From an uncultured Candidatus Rokubacteria bacterium (GTDB lineage Bacteria; Methylomirabilota; Methylomirabilia; Rokubacteriales; DASRDR01), in the NCBI GenBank assembly GCA_963708025.1, contig CAVPSB010000035.1, forward strand, positions 1-64,000: a stretch of DNA of 64,000 nt, given 5' to 3'. Of the stretch, positions 40,952 through 51,870 are shown one piece after another; position 1 is the stretch's first letter; each line of letters begins with the position of its first letter. The notes under the pieces are model-generated. The model worked only from the letters and a program-made list of their open reading frames with translations. It searched no databases and was not told the DNA's origin. The position numbers and the translations under genes are program-made.

Positions 40952-41043
40952 GCGCCGGGTGATATCAAGCACGCTTTCCGGCGCGGCGTCAAGCCGCGGA
41001 CGCCCCGAAGGTCGGTGATTCGCGCTCGGGCTGGCCTACGACC

Positions 41044-42496
41044 TCATCGCGGTCGGCCGGATGATCGTCCCCTTCGCGGTCTTCCAGCGGCACGGCCCGG
41101 CCGGCCGGGGGCGGCGGAGGACGGCTCTCCGCTCGCCGCGTGCTGGGTCCAGTAGTGGTGCGTCTTGGCGACGGCGGTCACCACGTTCCGGATCTCGCCG
41201 TCCAGGGCGAACCGGGGCCCCGCCGGGAGGTAGAGGACTGCGCCCTCGCGCCGCGCCATCACGTTCTCGACGACGATCGCGCGCAGCAGCCAGACAGCCA
41301 TCGTCTCACTCGCGCACGCGATGCCGATCCAGCCGGGTGGCCCGTCGTCGACGATGTCGAGCCCGGTGATCATCCGGATCCCTCGCGCGAGCTCCTCCAG
41401 CACCGCGTGGTAGCCCTCGGGGTCCGCCAGAACCTCCTCCCGCGAGACGGGCTCGAGCAGTGTCCCCCGGTGCGGCGGTCCCCCGGCCAGCGCCAGCTCG
41501 CAGAAGCCCTGCCACATCACGTCCCACGCCACGCGCCCGTCGGGATCGCGCTGCACGGCCGCCGCGCCCATCGGCGCGCTGCTCACGGAGACGCCGGGGT
41601 CCCGGTAGCGCGGGGGGAGCAGGGCTGCCATCCGGGCCTCGACGTCGGCGAGGGAGGCGCCGTCGTGGGCATGGGCCTGCCGGAGCTCCTGGACGACCCG
41701 GGCATCCAGGAGCGCCTCGACGTAGCGCCGCACGATCGCCGGGAGGAGCGCCGGGTGAGGGTCGAGCGGCCGGGCGAGCACGACCGCGACGCCCGAGGCC
41801 TTCGCGCCGGCACGAGCCTGCTCGGCCAGCCGGCGATACGTCCGTCCCGCGAAGAGGAGGTGGGGCACGACGACGATCCGGCGCGCGCCCAGCCGCGCCC
41901 ATCGACGGATCGCGTCGGCGCACGGTGGGGGCGGTCAGGTCGACGAAGGCGTAGCCGACGTCGGCGAAGCGATGCGCCTCGTAGACGAGCCGCGCCAGCC
42001 GGGCCAGCTCGGCGTTGCCGACGGGATTGGCCCCGCCGCCCCCGGCGATCACGACCACCACCTCGCCGGAGGCGGAGGACCGGCGAGAGCGCCCGCCCGC
42101 CGCCGCGCGCGCGCGGTCGCCGAGGATGCGGGCGACGTCGTCGGTGTCCGGTGGCTCGCCGCGGTGGACGCGCAGGCTGCGGCCAGCGCTGGGCGATCCG
42201 GGCCAGCAGCGTCCCGAGGCGCCCCGCCGGCTCGCCGGCCAGGCCCAGCACGAGCGGCAGCGCGACGAGCCGGGCGGCGCCGCGGGCGACGGCCCGCTCG
42301 ACGGCGCCGGCCAGCGGGTCGTCGGGGGCCGTCCAGGCAGGCACGGCTCGACCGCGTGCCCGAGCCGCGCCGCGAGCCGGCCGGCCAGGCGCCGGAGGGC
42401 GTCGCCCGAGCCGGGGTCGCGCAGCGCGAGCAGCAGGGTGACGGGGCGGTCGGCTCCCGGGCCGGAAGCGAGGCGGTGAGGGGGTGTCCGTGGCAT
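41044..42496 (-). CDS. CbiX/SirB-like chelatase-fold protein with extra C-terminal domain; several frameshifts
   Basis: VEPC, LVALPL, NAELARLAR...VGYAFVDLTAP, VVVPHLLFAG, LDPHPAL; C-domain VAWD.MW..FC.LALAGGPPHRG...VAKTHHYW. Confidence 0.55.
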
Positions 42497-42577
42497 CGCC
42501 CGACGCGTCGATGATACGATACACGCGCGACGGACGGACGATCCACCCACGCCCGGACTCTCACAGGAGCGACGACC

Positions 42578-43687
42578 ATGGCGGAAGCGCGGCTGAACCT
42601 GCCCTTCACCGGGCTCGTGTCCTTCATGCGCGTCCCGGCCTGCACGGATCTCACGGCCATCGACGCGGACATCGCGATCCTGGGCACGCCGACCGACGAG
42701 GGCTCGCCGTGGAAGCCGGGCGCCCGCTTCGCGCCGCGGAAGATCCGGGAGCTGTCGGTCAAGTACGCGGGGTACGGGCCGACGCAGAACCAGCTCGGCT
42801 ACTACGACATCGAGGAGGACCGGCGCTACCTGGAGTACGAGCGGCAGCACCGCCGCATCGTCGACTGCGGGGACTCCGACATCATCTACACCAACGTCCG
42901 GCGCACCTTCGACAACATCACGCGCGACGTCAAGGCGATCCTGAAGGCGGGGGCCTTCCCGGTGGTCATCGGCGGCGACCACGCCGTCACCTACCCGGTC
43001 GTCCGGGCCTACCAGGAGCGGCTCAACGTCGTCCACTTCGACGCCCACCTGGACTACCGGCCGTTCATCCACGGGGTGCAGTGGGCCAACGGGAATCCCA
43101 TCCGGAACGTCTCGCAGCTCAAGAACTGCCACCACATCATCCAGGTCGGCATCCGGAGCCTCCGCACGAGCCAGGCCGACGTGGCGGACTCGCGGGCGCG
43201 CGGGAACGACGTCGTGACCATCCCCGAGTTCCGGCGGCGGGGTCACCAGGCCATCGTCGACCGGCTGCCCAAGGGCGAGCCGGTCTACGTCTCGATCGAC
43301 ATCGACGTCCTGGACCTGCCGCTGGTTCCGGGGTGCGCGTCGTCGGAGGTGAACGGGCTCACCTACGACGAGCTGCGCCAGACGCTCTTCGCCATCGCGC
43401 GGAGCCGGGAAGTCATCGGCTTCGACCTGGTCGAGGTGAACCCGATGCTCGACGTGGCCTCGGACAACACCTCGCTGATCGCCGCCCAGCTCATCATCGA
43501 GTTCCTCGGGCGGATCGTCGAGCACCCGGGCTACCGCAAGCGCCACCCCATGCGCGAGGCCGCCCCCACCAACGGCCGCGGCCGCCCGGCGCCGGGCCGG
43601 CCGGCGCCGGCGACCTCCTCGGACGGCGGCCGTCTGCGGACCGGCAGCGCCCGGGTGGGAGCCGCCCGCTCAGCTCGAAGGCGGTGA
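42578..43687 (+). CDS. Ureohydrolase (agmatinase/arginase family)
   Basis: GARFAP, GGDHAV, HFDAHLD, SIDIDVLD, FDLVEVNP. Confidence 0.9.
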   Translation: MAEARLNLPFTGLVSFMRVPACTDLTAIDADIAILGTPTDEGSPWKPGARFAPRKIRELSVKYAGYGPTQNQLGYYDIEEDRRYLEYERQHRRIVDCGDSDIIYTNVRRTFDNITRDVKAILKAGAFPVVIGGDHAVTYPVVRAYQERLNVVHFDAHLDYRPFIHGVQWANGNPIRNVSQLKNCHHIIQVGIRSLRTSQADVADSRARGNDVVTIPEFRRRGHQAIVDRLPKGEPVYVSIDIDVLDLPLVPGCASSEVNGLTYDELRQTLFAIARSREVIGFDLVEVNPMLDVASDNTSLIAAQLIIEFLGRIVEHPGYRKRHPMREAAPTNGRGRPAPGRPAPATSSDGGRLRTGSARVGAARSARRR

Positions 43688-43751
43688 GCGCCTCCTCTGG
43701 CTGCTTCATGCTGACTACCCCCCGGGGTATACTCCGAAGCAGAGTGTGCTG

Positions 43752-44345
43752 ATGGCGACCGCCTTGGCCTCACGACACTTCACCGCACTGGAGTTCGAGC
43801 GGATGGCTGCGATGGCCATCTTCGGCGACGACGAGCGTGTCGAGCTGCTGGATGGAGTGGTTGTCCCCATGACGCCGATCGGTGACCGCCACATCGGTTG
43901 TGTCAACTACCTCACGGACTGTCTGGGCGACCGCCTCCGGGGCCGCGCCCTCATCCAGGCTCAGAGCGCGATCCAGCTCGCGCCCGACTGGGTTCCCCAG
44001 CCGGATGTCGCCATCCTGCGACGCCGCCAGGACTACTATCGGAAGGGCAAGGCTCGGCCTGAGGAGGTCTTCCTGCTCATCGAGGTGGCGGACACTTCGG
44101 CCAGCCTCGATCGCGACGTCAAGCTGCCAGGCTACGCCCGCGGGGGAATCCCGGAGGTGTGGCTGGTCGATCTCGACGCCGATCTCATCCTGGTGGCACG
44201 CGACCCGAAACCGGCGGGGTACGCGGTCATCGCCTCCCATGCTCGCGGCTCGGCTCTCCGACTCCCCGGCTTCCCGGACGTCACGCTGACCGTCGATGAG
44301 ATACTCGGTCCGCTGGCATCCGACGCGCGTGGCGACAGCCGGTAG
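43752..44345 (+). CDS. Uma2 family (PD-(D/E)XK) putative endonuclease
   Basis: RVELLDG, PIGDRH, PQPDVAI, LIEVADTS..DR.VK..YARGGIPEVWLVD; TATACT box at 43728-43733. Confidence 0.9.
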   Translation: MATALASRHFTALEFERMAAMAIFGDDERVELLDGVVVPMTPIGDRHIGCVNYLTDCLGDRLRGRALIQAQSAIQLAPDWVPQPDVAILRRRQDYYRKGKARPEEVFLLIEVADTSASLDRDVKLPGYARGGIPEVWLVDLDADLILVARDPKPAGYAVIASHARGSALRLPGFPDVTLTVDEILGPLASDARGDSR

Positions 44346-44347
44346 AC

Positions 44348-44515
44348 GACAACACGTCGCTGATCGCCGCCCAGGTCATCATCGAGTTCCTCGGGCGGAT
44401 CGTCGAGCACCCGGGCTACCGCAAGCGCCACCCCAGGCGGGAGGCCGCCCCCACCAACGGCCGCGGCCGCCCGGCCCGGAGACCGGTCGGCTCGAAGGCG
44501 GTGAGCGCCTCTCTA
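44348..44515 (+). repeat. Diverged, internally deleted duplicate of ureohydrolase 3' end (43463-43700)
   Basis: GACAACACGTCGCTGATCGCCGCCCAG...CCCACCAACGGCCGCGGCCGCCCGGC...GCTCGAAGGCGGTGAGCGCCTC; starts 2 nt after the Uma2 stop. Confidence 0.93.
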
Positions 44516-44532
44516 GCCGCTCGCCGATAGCC

Positions 44533-45525
44533 ATGCCGGAGCATTCACGGCGCGTCCTGCTGGCCGCGCTCGCGCTCGGTCTCCTCGCGGCATCGCTCGC
44601 CGTCGAGGCGCAGCCCGCGGGACGCGTGTATCGTGTCGGGATCCTCCTCGAGGTCGCGCCACCCGCCCCGTCGGACCGTGCCACGCAGTCGGTCCTGGTC
44701 CCGGACGCCCTGCGTGAGCTGGGGTACGCCGAAGGCCAGAACCTCCTCGTCGAGCGGCGATTCGCCGGGGGCAAGCGGGACCGCCTGTCCGGGCTGGCCC
44801 GGGAGCTGGTCCAGCTGCGGGTGGACGTCATCGTCGCGGTCAGCAACGAGGCCACCCAGGCGGCCAAAGACGCGACGAAGACAATCCCCATCGTCATGCT
44901 CGGCGGCTCGGTGGTGGAGCGGGGGTTCGTCGCGAGCCTTGCTCAGCCCGGCGGGAACATCACCGGGGTTGCCATATCGGAGACCACCCTGGCCGCCAAG
45001 CGCCTGGAGCTTCTCAAGGCAGCGGTCCCTCGCGCCACGCGGATCGCGGTCCTCGCCAGCGGCGCGGAATACCAGGCGACCCAGCTGCGAGAGGCGCAGG
45101 AGGCGGCGGCATCCCTCGGCATCACGCTGGTTGTCGTCGAGGCCCGGGACGCGGACTACGGCCGCGCATTCGTCCGGATGGTCTCCGAGCGGGCCCAGGC
45201 CCTCTCCGTGTTCTCCAGCCCGCTTCTCCATCGCGATCGGAGGCGGATCATCGAGCTGGCCGCGAAGCACCGGCTCCCCGCGATCTACCAGTGGCGCGAG
45301 CACGTGATGGAGGGAGGCCTGATGGCGTATGGCAGCAGCCTCTCCGGGCTCGCCCGGCGCATCGCGGCCTACGTCGATCGGATCCTCAAGGGGGCGAGGC
45401 CGGCCGACCTGCCGGTGGAGCAGCCGATCGTCTACGAGCTGGCCGTCAACCTGAAGACCGCCAGAACTCTCGGCCTCACGATCCCGCCGTCGGTGCTGGC
45501 GCGAGCGGACGAGGTCGTCGAATGA
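44533..45525 (+). CDS. Solitary ABC_sub_bind-type substrate-binding protein
   Basis: AQPAGRVYRVG, LRELGYAEGQN, VASLAQPGGNITG, GGLMAYG, DLPVEQP, LGLTIPPSVLARAD. Confidence 0.9.
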   Translation: MPEHSRRVLLAALALGLLAASLAVEAQPAGRVYRVGILLEVAPPAPSDRATQSVLVPDALRELGYAEGQNLLVERRFAGGKRDRLSGLARELVQLRVDVIVAVSNEATQAAKDATKTIPIVMLGGSVVERGFVASLAQPGGNITGVAISETTLAAKRLELLKAAVPRATRIAVLASGAEYQATQLREAQEAAASLGITLVVVEARDADYGRAFVRMVSERAQALSVFSSPLLHRDRRRIIELAAKHRLPAIYQWREHVMEGGLMAYGSSLSGLARRIAAYVDRILKGARPADLPVEQPIVYELAVNLKTARTLGLTIPPSVLARADEVVE

Positions 45526-45553
45526 CGCGGCAGCGAGCCCGCGTCGTCGCCGG

Positions 45554-46153
45554 TCACATGAGCCGGACCCGGAGGTCGGCCGGGCGGCCGGCGTTGGTCG
45601 GCGCCAGGTCCTGGGGGCACGCCGAGCAGGCCGCGATCAGGTCGAGGCGCGCCAGCAGCGTGACGTAGTCGTCCGGCCTCGCGGTGGACGCCGCGCTCAG
45701 GAACCGGCCGTCCGGCAGCACCGGGGAGTTCTGGAACAGGTTGACCGGGTCCGGCACCCGCCAGTCCGGGATCCCGTGGGGCGCCAGCACCTCCACGAAG
45801 TTCATCCGGCAGCTCCGGTGGTCCTCGACCCCGAAGTCGCGGCGGTAGCGATAGGGGTCGCAGGCGGCGGCCAGGATGTCGTGGACGCCGACGGTGTCCT
45901 CGACCAGGTCCACGATCTCCCGGCGGTGGTTCGTGAAGAGGCTCTGGCCCTTCCCGATCCGCCACGCGGCCAGGCAGCGCCGGGTGTGGCTCGGGCTCAG
46001 GAACTCGGTGAGGTCGGCGGCGTTGAAGGCGATGAAGTCGCCGACCTGCTGGCCCCGGGTCTGGGCGATGGTCACCCGATCGCCGGCCCGCATCGACCAG
46101 AGGCGGGCGTGGCCGGCGGGAATGACGAACTCTCGCGGACTACTGTCGCTCAT
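45554..46153 (-). CDS. DUF1989 / urea carboxylase-associated family protein
   Basis: GQQVGD, DTVGVHDILAAAC, HRSCRMN, VNLFQN, ACSACPQD. Confidence 0.88.
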   Translation of the reverse strand: MSDSSPREFVIPAGHARLWSMRAGDRVTIAQTRGQQVGDFIAFNAADLTEFLSPSHTRRCLAAWRIGKGQSLFTNHRREIVDLVEDTVGVHDILAAACDPYRYRRDFGVEDHRSCRMNFVEVLAPHGIPDWRVPDPVNLFQNSPVLPDGRFLSAASTARPDDYVTLLARLDLIAACSACPQDLAPTNAGRPADLRVRLM

Positions 46154-46186
46154 CCACCACTCTCCATTCGACCAGGCGGTGGTCCG

Positions 46187-47185
46187 CTACTCGATGACCT
46201 GATCCGCCCGCGCCAGCACCGAGGGCGGGATCGTGAGCCCGAGGGCCTTCGCGGTCTTCAGGTTGATCACCAGCTCGAACGTGGTGGGCTGCTCGATGGG
46301 CAGGTCGGCAGGCTTGCCCCCTCGGAGGATCCGGTCCACGTAACCGGCCGCGCGCCGATACATGTTGACCGTATTGGCTCCGTAGGCCATGAGGCCTCCC
46401 GCCGTCGCAAAGTCCCTCTGCCCGGCAATCGCGGGCAACCGGTGCCTGGCTGCGAGCCCGGTGACCTCGGTTGTGTGAGCGTTCAGCGGCGCAACATTCG
46501 CCACGAGGAGCGCTTGCGTGCCGTCCTTGACCATGGTCGAGAACGCACCCGCGAGATCGCTCGGGCCGCGCACCCCGTGGCGCTGGAGCTGCATTCCCAA
46601 CGCCCGGCCTGCCGCGCCCATGTCCTTCCAGTTGGCCTCGGCGACGGGTCCCGGCTGAATCCCCGGAACCCAGAGATACCCCACGCGGAGAGCATTCGGC
46701 AGGGCCTCCTTCAGTAGCTCCAGCCGCTTCAGGGTGAGCTCGAAGTCCTGCATGGAAAGCCCGGTCACGTTGCCACCGGGCCGGGCGAGGCTCGCCACGA
46801 GCCCGCTCTCGTCTGGCTGGCCGACCGACGCCATGACGATGGGAATCGTGGTCGTCGCTTGCTTGGCGGCCCGCGAGCCGGGCGTGCCGTGGGTCACGAT
46901 GAGGTCGACCTTGAGGCCCACCAGCTCGGCCGCCAGGCCCGGCAAGCGGTCGTACTTCCCCTCGGCCCAGCGATATGCGATGACGAGGTTCTTGCCTTCG
47001 TCGTACCCGGCGTCCCGGAGCCCCTGTCGCAGCGCGGCGATCTGGCGCGCGTGTTCCGAAGCGGACGTCTCGCCGAGGAAGCCGATCCGATACATCCTTC
47101 CAGCCGGCTGCGCCTCGGCGGCGAGCGGCGAGACGAGGAGGCCGAGCGTCAGAATGACTCCGAGGGCGAGCCGTGAAGCGGTCAT
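46187..47185 (-). CDS. Solitary ABC_sub_bind-type substrate-binding protein
   Basis: AEAQPAGRMYRIGFL, GLVASLARPGGNVTG, DLPIEQPTTFELVINLKTAKALGLTIPPSVLARADQVIE. Confidence 0.9.
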   Translation of the reverse strand: MTASRLALGVILTLGLLVSPLAAEAQPAGRMYRIGFLGETSASEHARQIAALRQGLRDAGYDEGKNLVIAYRWAEGKYDRLPGLAAELVGLKVDLIVTHGTPGSRAAKQATTTIPIVMASVGQPDESGLVASLARPGGNVTGLSMQDFELTLKRLELLKEALPNALRVGYLWVPGIQPGPVAEANWKDMGAAGRALGMQLQRHGVRGPSDLAGAFSTMVKDGTQALLVANVAPLNAHTTEVTGLAARHRLPAIAGQRDFATAGGLMAYGANTVNMYRRAAGYVDRILRGGKPADLPIEQPTTFELVINLKTAKALGLTIPPSVLARADQVIE

Positions 47186-47247
47186 GCTCTCTCCTGCGGC
47201 CCGAGATCGTGACGCTTCATCGGAGGTCTGCCGATACCCCGGACGGT

Positions 47248-48829
47248 CTACGGGACGGCCTGGCCGGCCAGGATGCCGGTGCAGCGCTCGCCGTCCACCG
47301 CGACCTGGCCGTTGACGACGACGTACGGGATCCCGCTCGGGAACCGGCAGGGGTCGTCGTAGGTGGAGTTGTCGATCACGCGCTCGGCGTCGAACACCAC
47401 GACGTCGGCGAAGTGGCCGGCCACCAGGCGCCCCCGGCCCGTCAGCCCGAACCGCCGGGCCGGGGCCTCGGTCATCCGCTGGACCATCGTCTCCAGGGGC
47501 GGGCCGTCCAGCTCCCGGCGGAGCCGGCCGAGGAAGCGGGGGAACGCCCCGTAGCTCCGCGGGTGGGGGAAGCTCCCGGCGGGGGTGATGTCGCTGCACG
47601 CCATGTAGTCCGGCCGGGCCAGCAGGGTCAGGCAGTCGCGGCTGACCTGGCGCCAGAGCGCCGCGCTCCGGGGCGGGGCGGTGACGTGGCCGACGGCGAG
47701 CTCCCCCTCGAGCAAGAGCTCACAGAGCGCCTCGCCCGGCGAGCAGCCGCGCCGGGCGGCCAGGTCCGGCATGCTCATCCCCTCGAGGTCGGGCTGGCGC
47801 GGGGCGTACGACACGACGAGGTCGGCGAGGGGGATCGTCTCGTCGCGCTCGAGCGCGTCGGCGATCTTCCGCCGCTCGCCCGGATCGGCGAGGCGGGCCA
47901 GGATGGCGTCGGGCCCGCCGTCGTGGACCGCGCTCGGCAGGAGGCTGATCGCGATGGAGCTGCCCGACGGGTAGGGGTAGACGTCGAAGGTGACGTCGAG
48001 GCCCTCGGCCTTCGCGGGGTCGATGCGGGCCATGATCCGGTCGATCCGCCCGGCCGTCTCCGGCGCCGTGCGATAGTGGGCGAAGTGGAGCCGCACGCCG
48101 GAGCGGCGCGCCACCTCCAGCGCCTCCGCCACGCCGTCGCCGCCGGCGGCCCGGTCGAGGTTGGCCCGGCGCGGCTCGCACATGTAGACGCCGCCGGCCT
48201 CTTGCACCGGTCCGCGCGAGCGCGATCAGCTCCGCCGTGTCGCCCCAGGGACCGGGGTAGTACTTGGAGCCCGTCGAGAAGCCGACGGCGCCCTGCTCGA
48301 GCCCCTCGCGGACGAGCCGGCGGGCGGCCTCCAGCGCCTCGCCCACGAGCGGAGCGTCCCGGAAGCCGAGCACCTCGAGCCGCACCGTGCCGTGCGGCAC
48401 CAGGTACGCGGTGTTGACCGCGACCTTCCGGTGGTAGTGGGCGCGGAAGGCGGCGACGCTCCGCATGTCGAGGTCCTCGGGCGGCTCGCCGAGGAGCCCG
48501 CCGAGCCAGCGGCGATAGGCGCGATAGTTCGCCGGCGACAGCGGGGCGTAGGACATCCCATCGATCCCCAGGAACTCGGTCGTGATCCCCTGGCGGAGAC
48601 CCATCGCGTGCTGGGGGTCCGTGAGGAGGGCACCCTCGGCGTGGGTGTGGGGGTCGATGAAGCCGGGCGCGACGGTGAGGCCGGTCGCGTCGATCACCCG
48701 CCCGGCGTCGGCGCGGGCGAGGTCGTCGACGGCGGCGATGGTCTCGCCCTGCACGCCGACGTCGGCCCGGCGGCCCGGACCGCCGGAGCCGTCCACGACC
48801 GTGCCACCGCGGATCACCAGGTCGAACAC
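47248..48829 (-). CDS. N-acyl-D-amino-acid deacylase (D-aminoacylase) family; frameshift near 48210
   Basis: IRGGTVVDGSG, APGFIDPHTH, FDVYPY, HPRSYGAFPR, ADVVVFD, VVVNG. Confidence 0.88.
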
Positions 48830-48849
48830 GAGGGTCTCCTCCCGCCCAC

Positions 48850-50008
48850 CTACCGGACCGTCAGGTCGCGGTCGAGGGCCGTCAGTCGCTCCACGCCGGT
48901 GTCGGTGACCAGGACCGGGTCGCCGAGCGCCACGTAGACGCTCGAGTCCGGGGCCAGCAGCCCCGAGTGGAAGAGGAACGTCATCCCGGGCTGGAGGACG
49001 TGGGTGTCGGTCTCCTTGATCCGGAGGTTGTCGATCCAGGTCGGCGGGTAGCCGAGGCCGATGCCGTAGCCGACGTGCTGGCCGCGGCGCGAGTAGCCGT
49101 GCGTGGCCATCGTCTCGTGGACCCGCCGGGCGACGTCGGCCGTCGGGACCCCGGGCTTGATCAGCGGCGAGGCCGGCGTCGGTCGCCTCGCGGATGGCGT
49201 CGTGCATCGACTGCATGCGCGGGCTCGGACGACCGAGCGAGGCCGTGCGCATGTTCACCGCGTGGTAGCGGCGGAAGCAGCCGCCGACCTCGAGCAGGAA
49301 CGGATCGCCGGCCCGCACCTCGCGGGTGGTCGCCGCCCCGTGGGTCTGGGTGAGGGTGCGCGGCCCGGTCCCCATCGGCGGCGCCACCGACGGGTGCTCG
49401 CCGCCCGCCGTGTACATGGCGTGGACGACGGCGGCGTGGACGTCGCACTCGCGGATCCCCGGCCGCAGGACGTCGAAGGCCGCCCGCGCGCCGGCGTCCA
49501 TGATCTGCCCGGCCCGCCGCATGCAGGCGATCTCGGCCGGCGACTTGATCAGGCGCAGCTCGGTGACGAGATCGGAGGCGTCCACCAGCTCGGCCTCGCG
49601 AGCGCCTCCCGCAGGAGGTCGTAGTAGTAGGGCAGGAGGGCGTGGCTCTTTCGCTCGATGCCCGATGCGGCGGCCGCCCGAGCAGGCCCACGCTCGCGCA
49701 GCACGTCGGCGGTCTGCTGGGCCGGGTCGCGGGTGGCGTCGTCGAGCCAGACCCGCACGTCGTCCACGATGCCGCCCTCCCGCACCAGCAGCTCGTCGAC
49801 CTTGCGCACGATCGCGGTCATCGGCTGGTCGGCGGCCGGCACCACCAGGACCTGGTAGACCCAGTAGCCGATCTGGTCGTAGCCGGCCAGGTAGAACATG
49901 TGCTCCTGGTGGAAGACCAGGAGGACGTCGAGGCCGGCCTCGCGCATCGCGGCGCGGGTCCGGCGCAGCCGCGTCGTCGTACTCGGACCGGGCGAAGGGC
50001 AGGCTCAT
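48850..50008 (-). CDS. M24 family creatinase/DoeA-like hydrolase; several frameshifts
   Basis: FARSEY, MFYLAGYD, LRLIKSPAEIACMR, LEVGGCFRRYHAVNMRT, GYGIG, LQPGMTF. Confidence 0.8.
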
Positions 50009-51397
50009 GGTGTTGGCTCCGGTGTCAGCGCGGCAGTCAGGTCGGCCACGGTCTCGAGCGTTTCCAGCTTCTCCACCAGCGCGCGCACGGCGGCCGCCCG
50101 CTCCGGTCCCAGGACCGGCTCCGCCAGCTCGCGGTACTTCTGCTCGACCTCGGCTCCGGACAGCGGGTCGTCGGGGCCGCCCCGGGCGCCGGCCCGCGTC
50201 CGCTCGACGCGGCCGCGCGCCGTGTCGATCACGACGGTGGCCGGGATCCGCGCCGAGTCGCGCCGGGTCGCGTACGCGGTCTGAGCGACCTCGCTCGTCT
50301 CCAGCTCGATGCGGTCCATCAGCGCGTGGACCGCCGGGTCGCTGCGGTTCGTGGCCTGCCACCATTCCGACCGGGGCCGGTCGAGCAGGACCATGGCCAC
50401 CGCGTGGGGCACGCTGAACTCGGCGTCCACCAGCGTGGCCGGCCGGCGGGAGTGGAACCAGTCCCGGAACGACTCGATGCCGTGCACGGTGACGCGCTCC
50501 ACCTCGTCCGGCCGGATCCCGTGCTCGATCACCAGCTCGCGCACGGCGTCCAGCGTCGAGTGGATCCAGCGGCAGCAGGGGTACGGCTTGAGCGACACGC
50601 GCAGCAGCTCGTAGTCCCCGCCCAGGCCGCGCGTCATGCGGTCGGGATCGCAGCGGTCCGAGCCGGCCATCAGCCAGAGCCCCTTGCTCGCCGTCGAGGA
50701 TCGTGCGGGTGGCCGGGAAGCCCTCGGCCGCCAGGAGGGCGGCCCGCACGCCCGCCCTCGGCGGGCCACGCCATGTTGTCCTTCACCCAGGAGAGCCGCC
50801 CTTCCTCCCAGCCGATCTTGCCCTCGTGGGGGAGCGGCGCGAAGGCGCCGGCCAGGCCGAAGGCGGCGAGCATCTGCTCGGCGTCCAGCTCCACGAGCCG
50901 GGCGACCGCGACGGCGGCGCCGAAGGTCTGGGTCACGCCGTTCCCGTAGACCCGGGTCCGTCGCTCCCAGCGTCGGCTGGATCGCGCCCGCGATGCGGGA
51001 CCAGACCTCGTAGCCGGCGAGGACCGCCTCGAGCAGCGCGGCGCCGGATCGGCCCCGGGTCTCGGCGACGGCCAGCGCGGCCGGGATGATCGTGCACCCG
51101 GGATGCCCGGTGGCGCCGGTGTCGTCGTAGTCGAGCGCATTGGCCGCGGTGGCGTTGGCGAAGGCGGCCGGCCCCGGCGCCGCCCGACGGCCGGTGCCGA
51201 CCACGGTGGCCGCGCCGGCGGTCGGCCGTCGCGACCGCCGCCGCCGCGCGGCCGAGCGGCGTGCGACTCCCGCCGAGCGCGCAGCCGAGGTGGTCGAGGA
51301 CCAGTGTCTTGAGCCGGTCGATCACGGCGGCCGGCGCGTCGTCGAGCGCCAGCGTGCGGGCGTGGCGGGCGAGGGTCTCGGTCGGTCCGGCGGTCAT
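50005..51397 (-). CDS. MmgE/PrpD family protein; several frameshifts
   Basis: VLDHLGCALGG, AAFANATAANALDYDD..GHP, LKPYPCCRWIH, AEFSVP, GGPDDPLS. Confidence 0.88.
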
Positions 51398-51410
51398 GCG
51401 GGCCTCCTGG

Positions 51411-51821
51411 TCAGTCCGGGTCATCGATGAAGCCCCAGGCGTCGATCTCGATCAGCAGCTCCTCGGTCGCCAGGCCCTTGACGACGACCCCCGTCTGGCA
51501 CGGCCGCGGCTCGCCGAAGTAGCTCCGGATGACCGGGTAGGCTGCCGCCCGGTAGGCCCGGTCGGTGATGTAGACGGTCATCTTCACGACGTCCGCCATC
51601 GTCCCGCCCGCCATCTCCATCAGGGCCTTGATGTTCTCGCACGCCTGCCGGGCCTGCGCGGCCGGGTCCCCGGCCCCGACCAGCTTCCCCTCGAACGTGA
51701 ACGCCGTCTGACCGGTCAGGTAGACGAAGTTCCCCAGCCGGTAGCACTCGGTCCGCCGGCCGGCGCTGCCGGGCATCCCCATCGGGCCCACGTCGACCTG
51801 GTAGATCACTTTCTTCTTCAT
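51411..51821 (-). CDS. RidA family protein
   Basis: VYLTGQT, AQARQACENI, DVVKMTVY, PCQTGVVVKGLA, LIEIDA. Confidence 0.88.
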   Translation of the reverse strand: MKKKVIYQVDVGPMGMPGSAGRRTECYRLGNFVYLTGQTAFTFEGKLVGAGDPAAQARQACENIKALMEMAGGTMADVVKMTVYITDRAYRAAAYPVIRSYFGEPRPCQTGVVVKGLATEELLIEIDAWGFIDDPD

Positions 51822-51870
51822 CGCTCCTCCATGTGGATCCTTCGACTCCCAGCGTGGGTCGGATCGGCCG

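Noticed and set aside
42500-42577. Guanidine-II (mini-ykkC) riboswitch upstream of the ureohydrolase
   Set aside because: ACGA/ACGG words are present but not in two properly paired hairpins
47720-50749. 1009-aa apparent fusion ORF (likewise 1499-3517, 4928-7582, 56047-58527)
   Set aside because: Artefacts of frameshifts and stop-poor frames chaining pieces of separate genes
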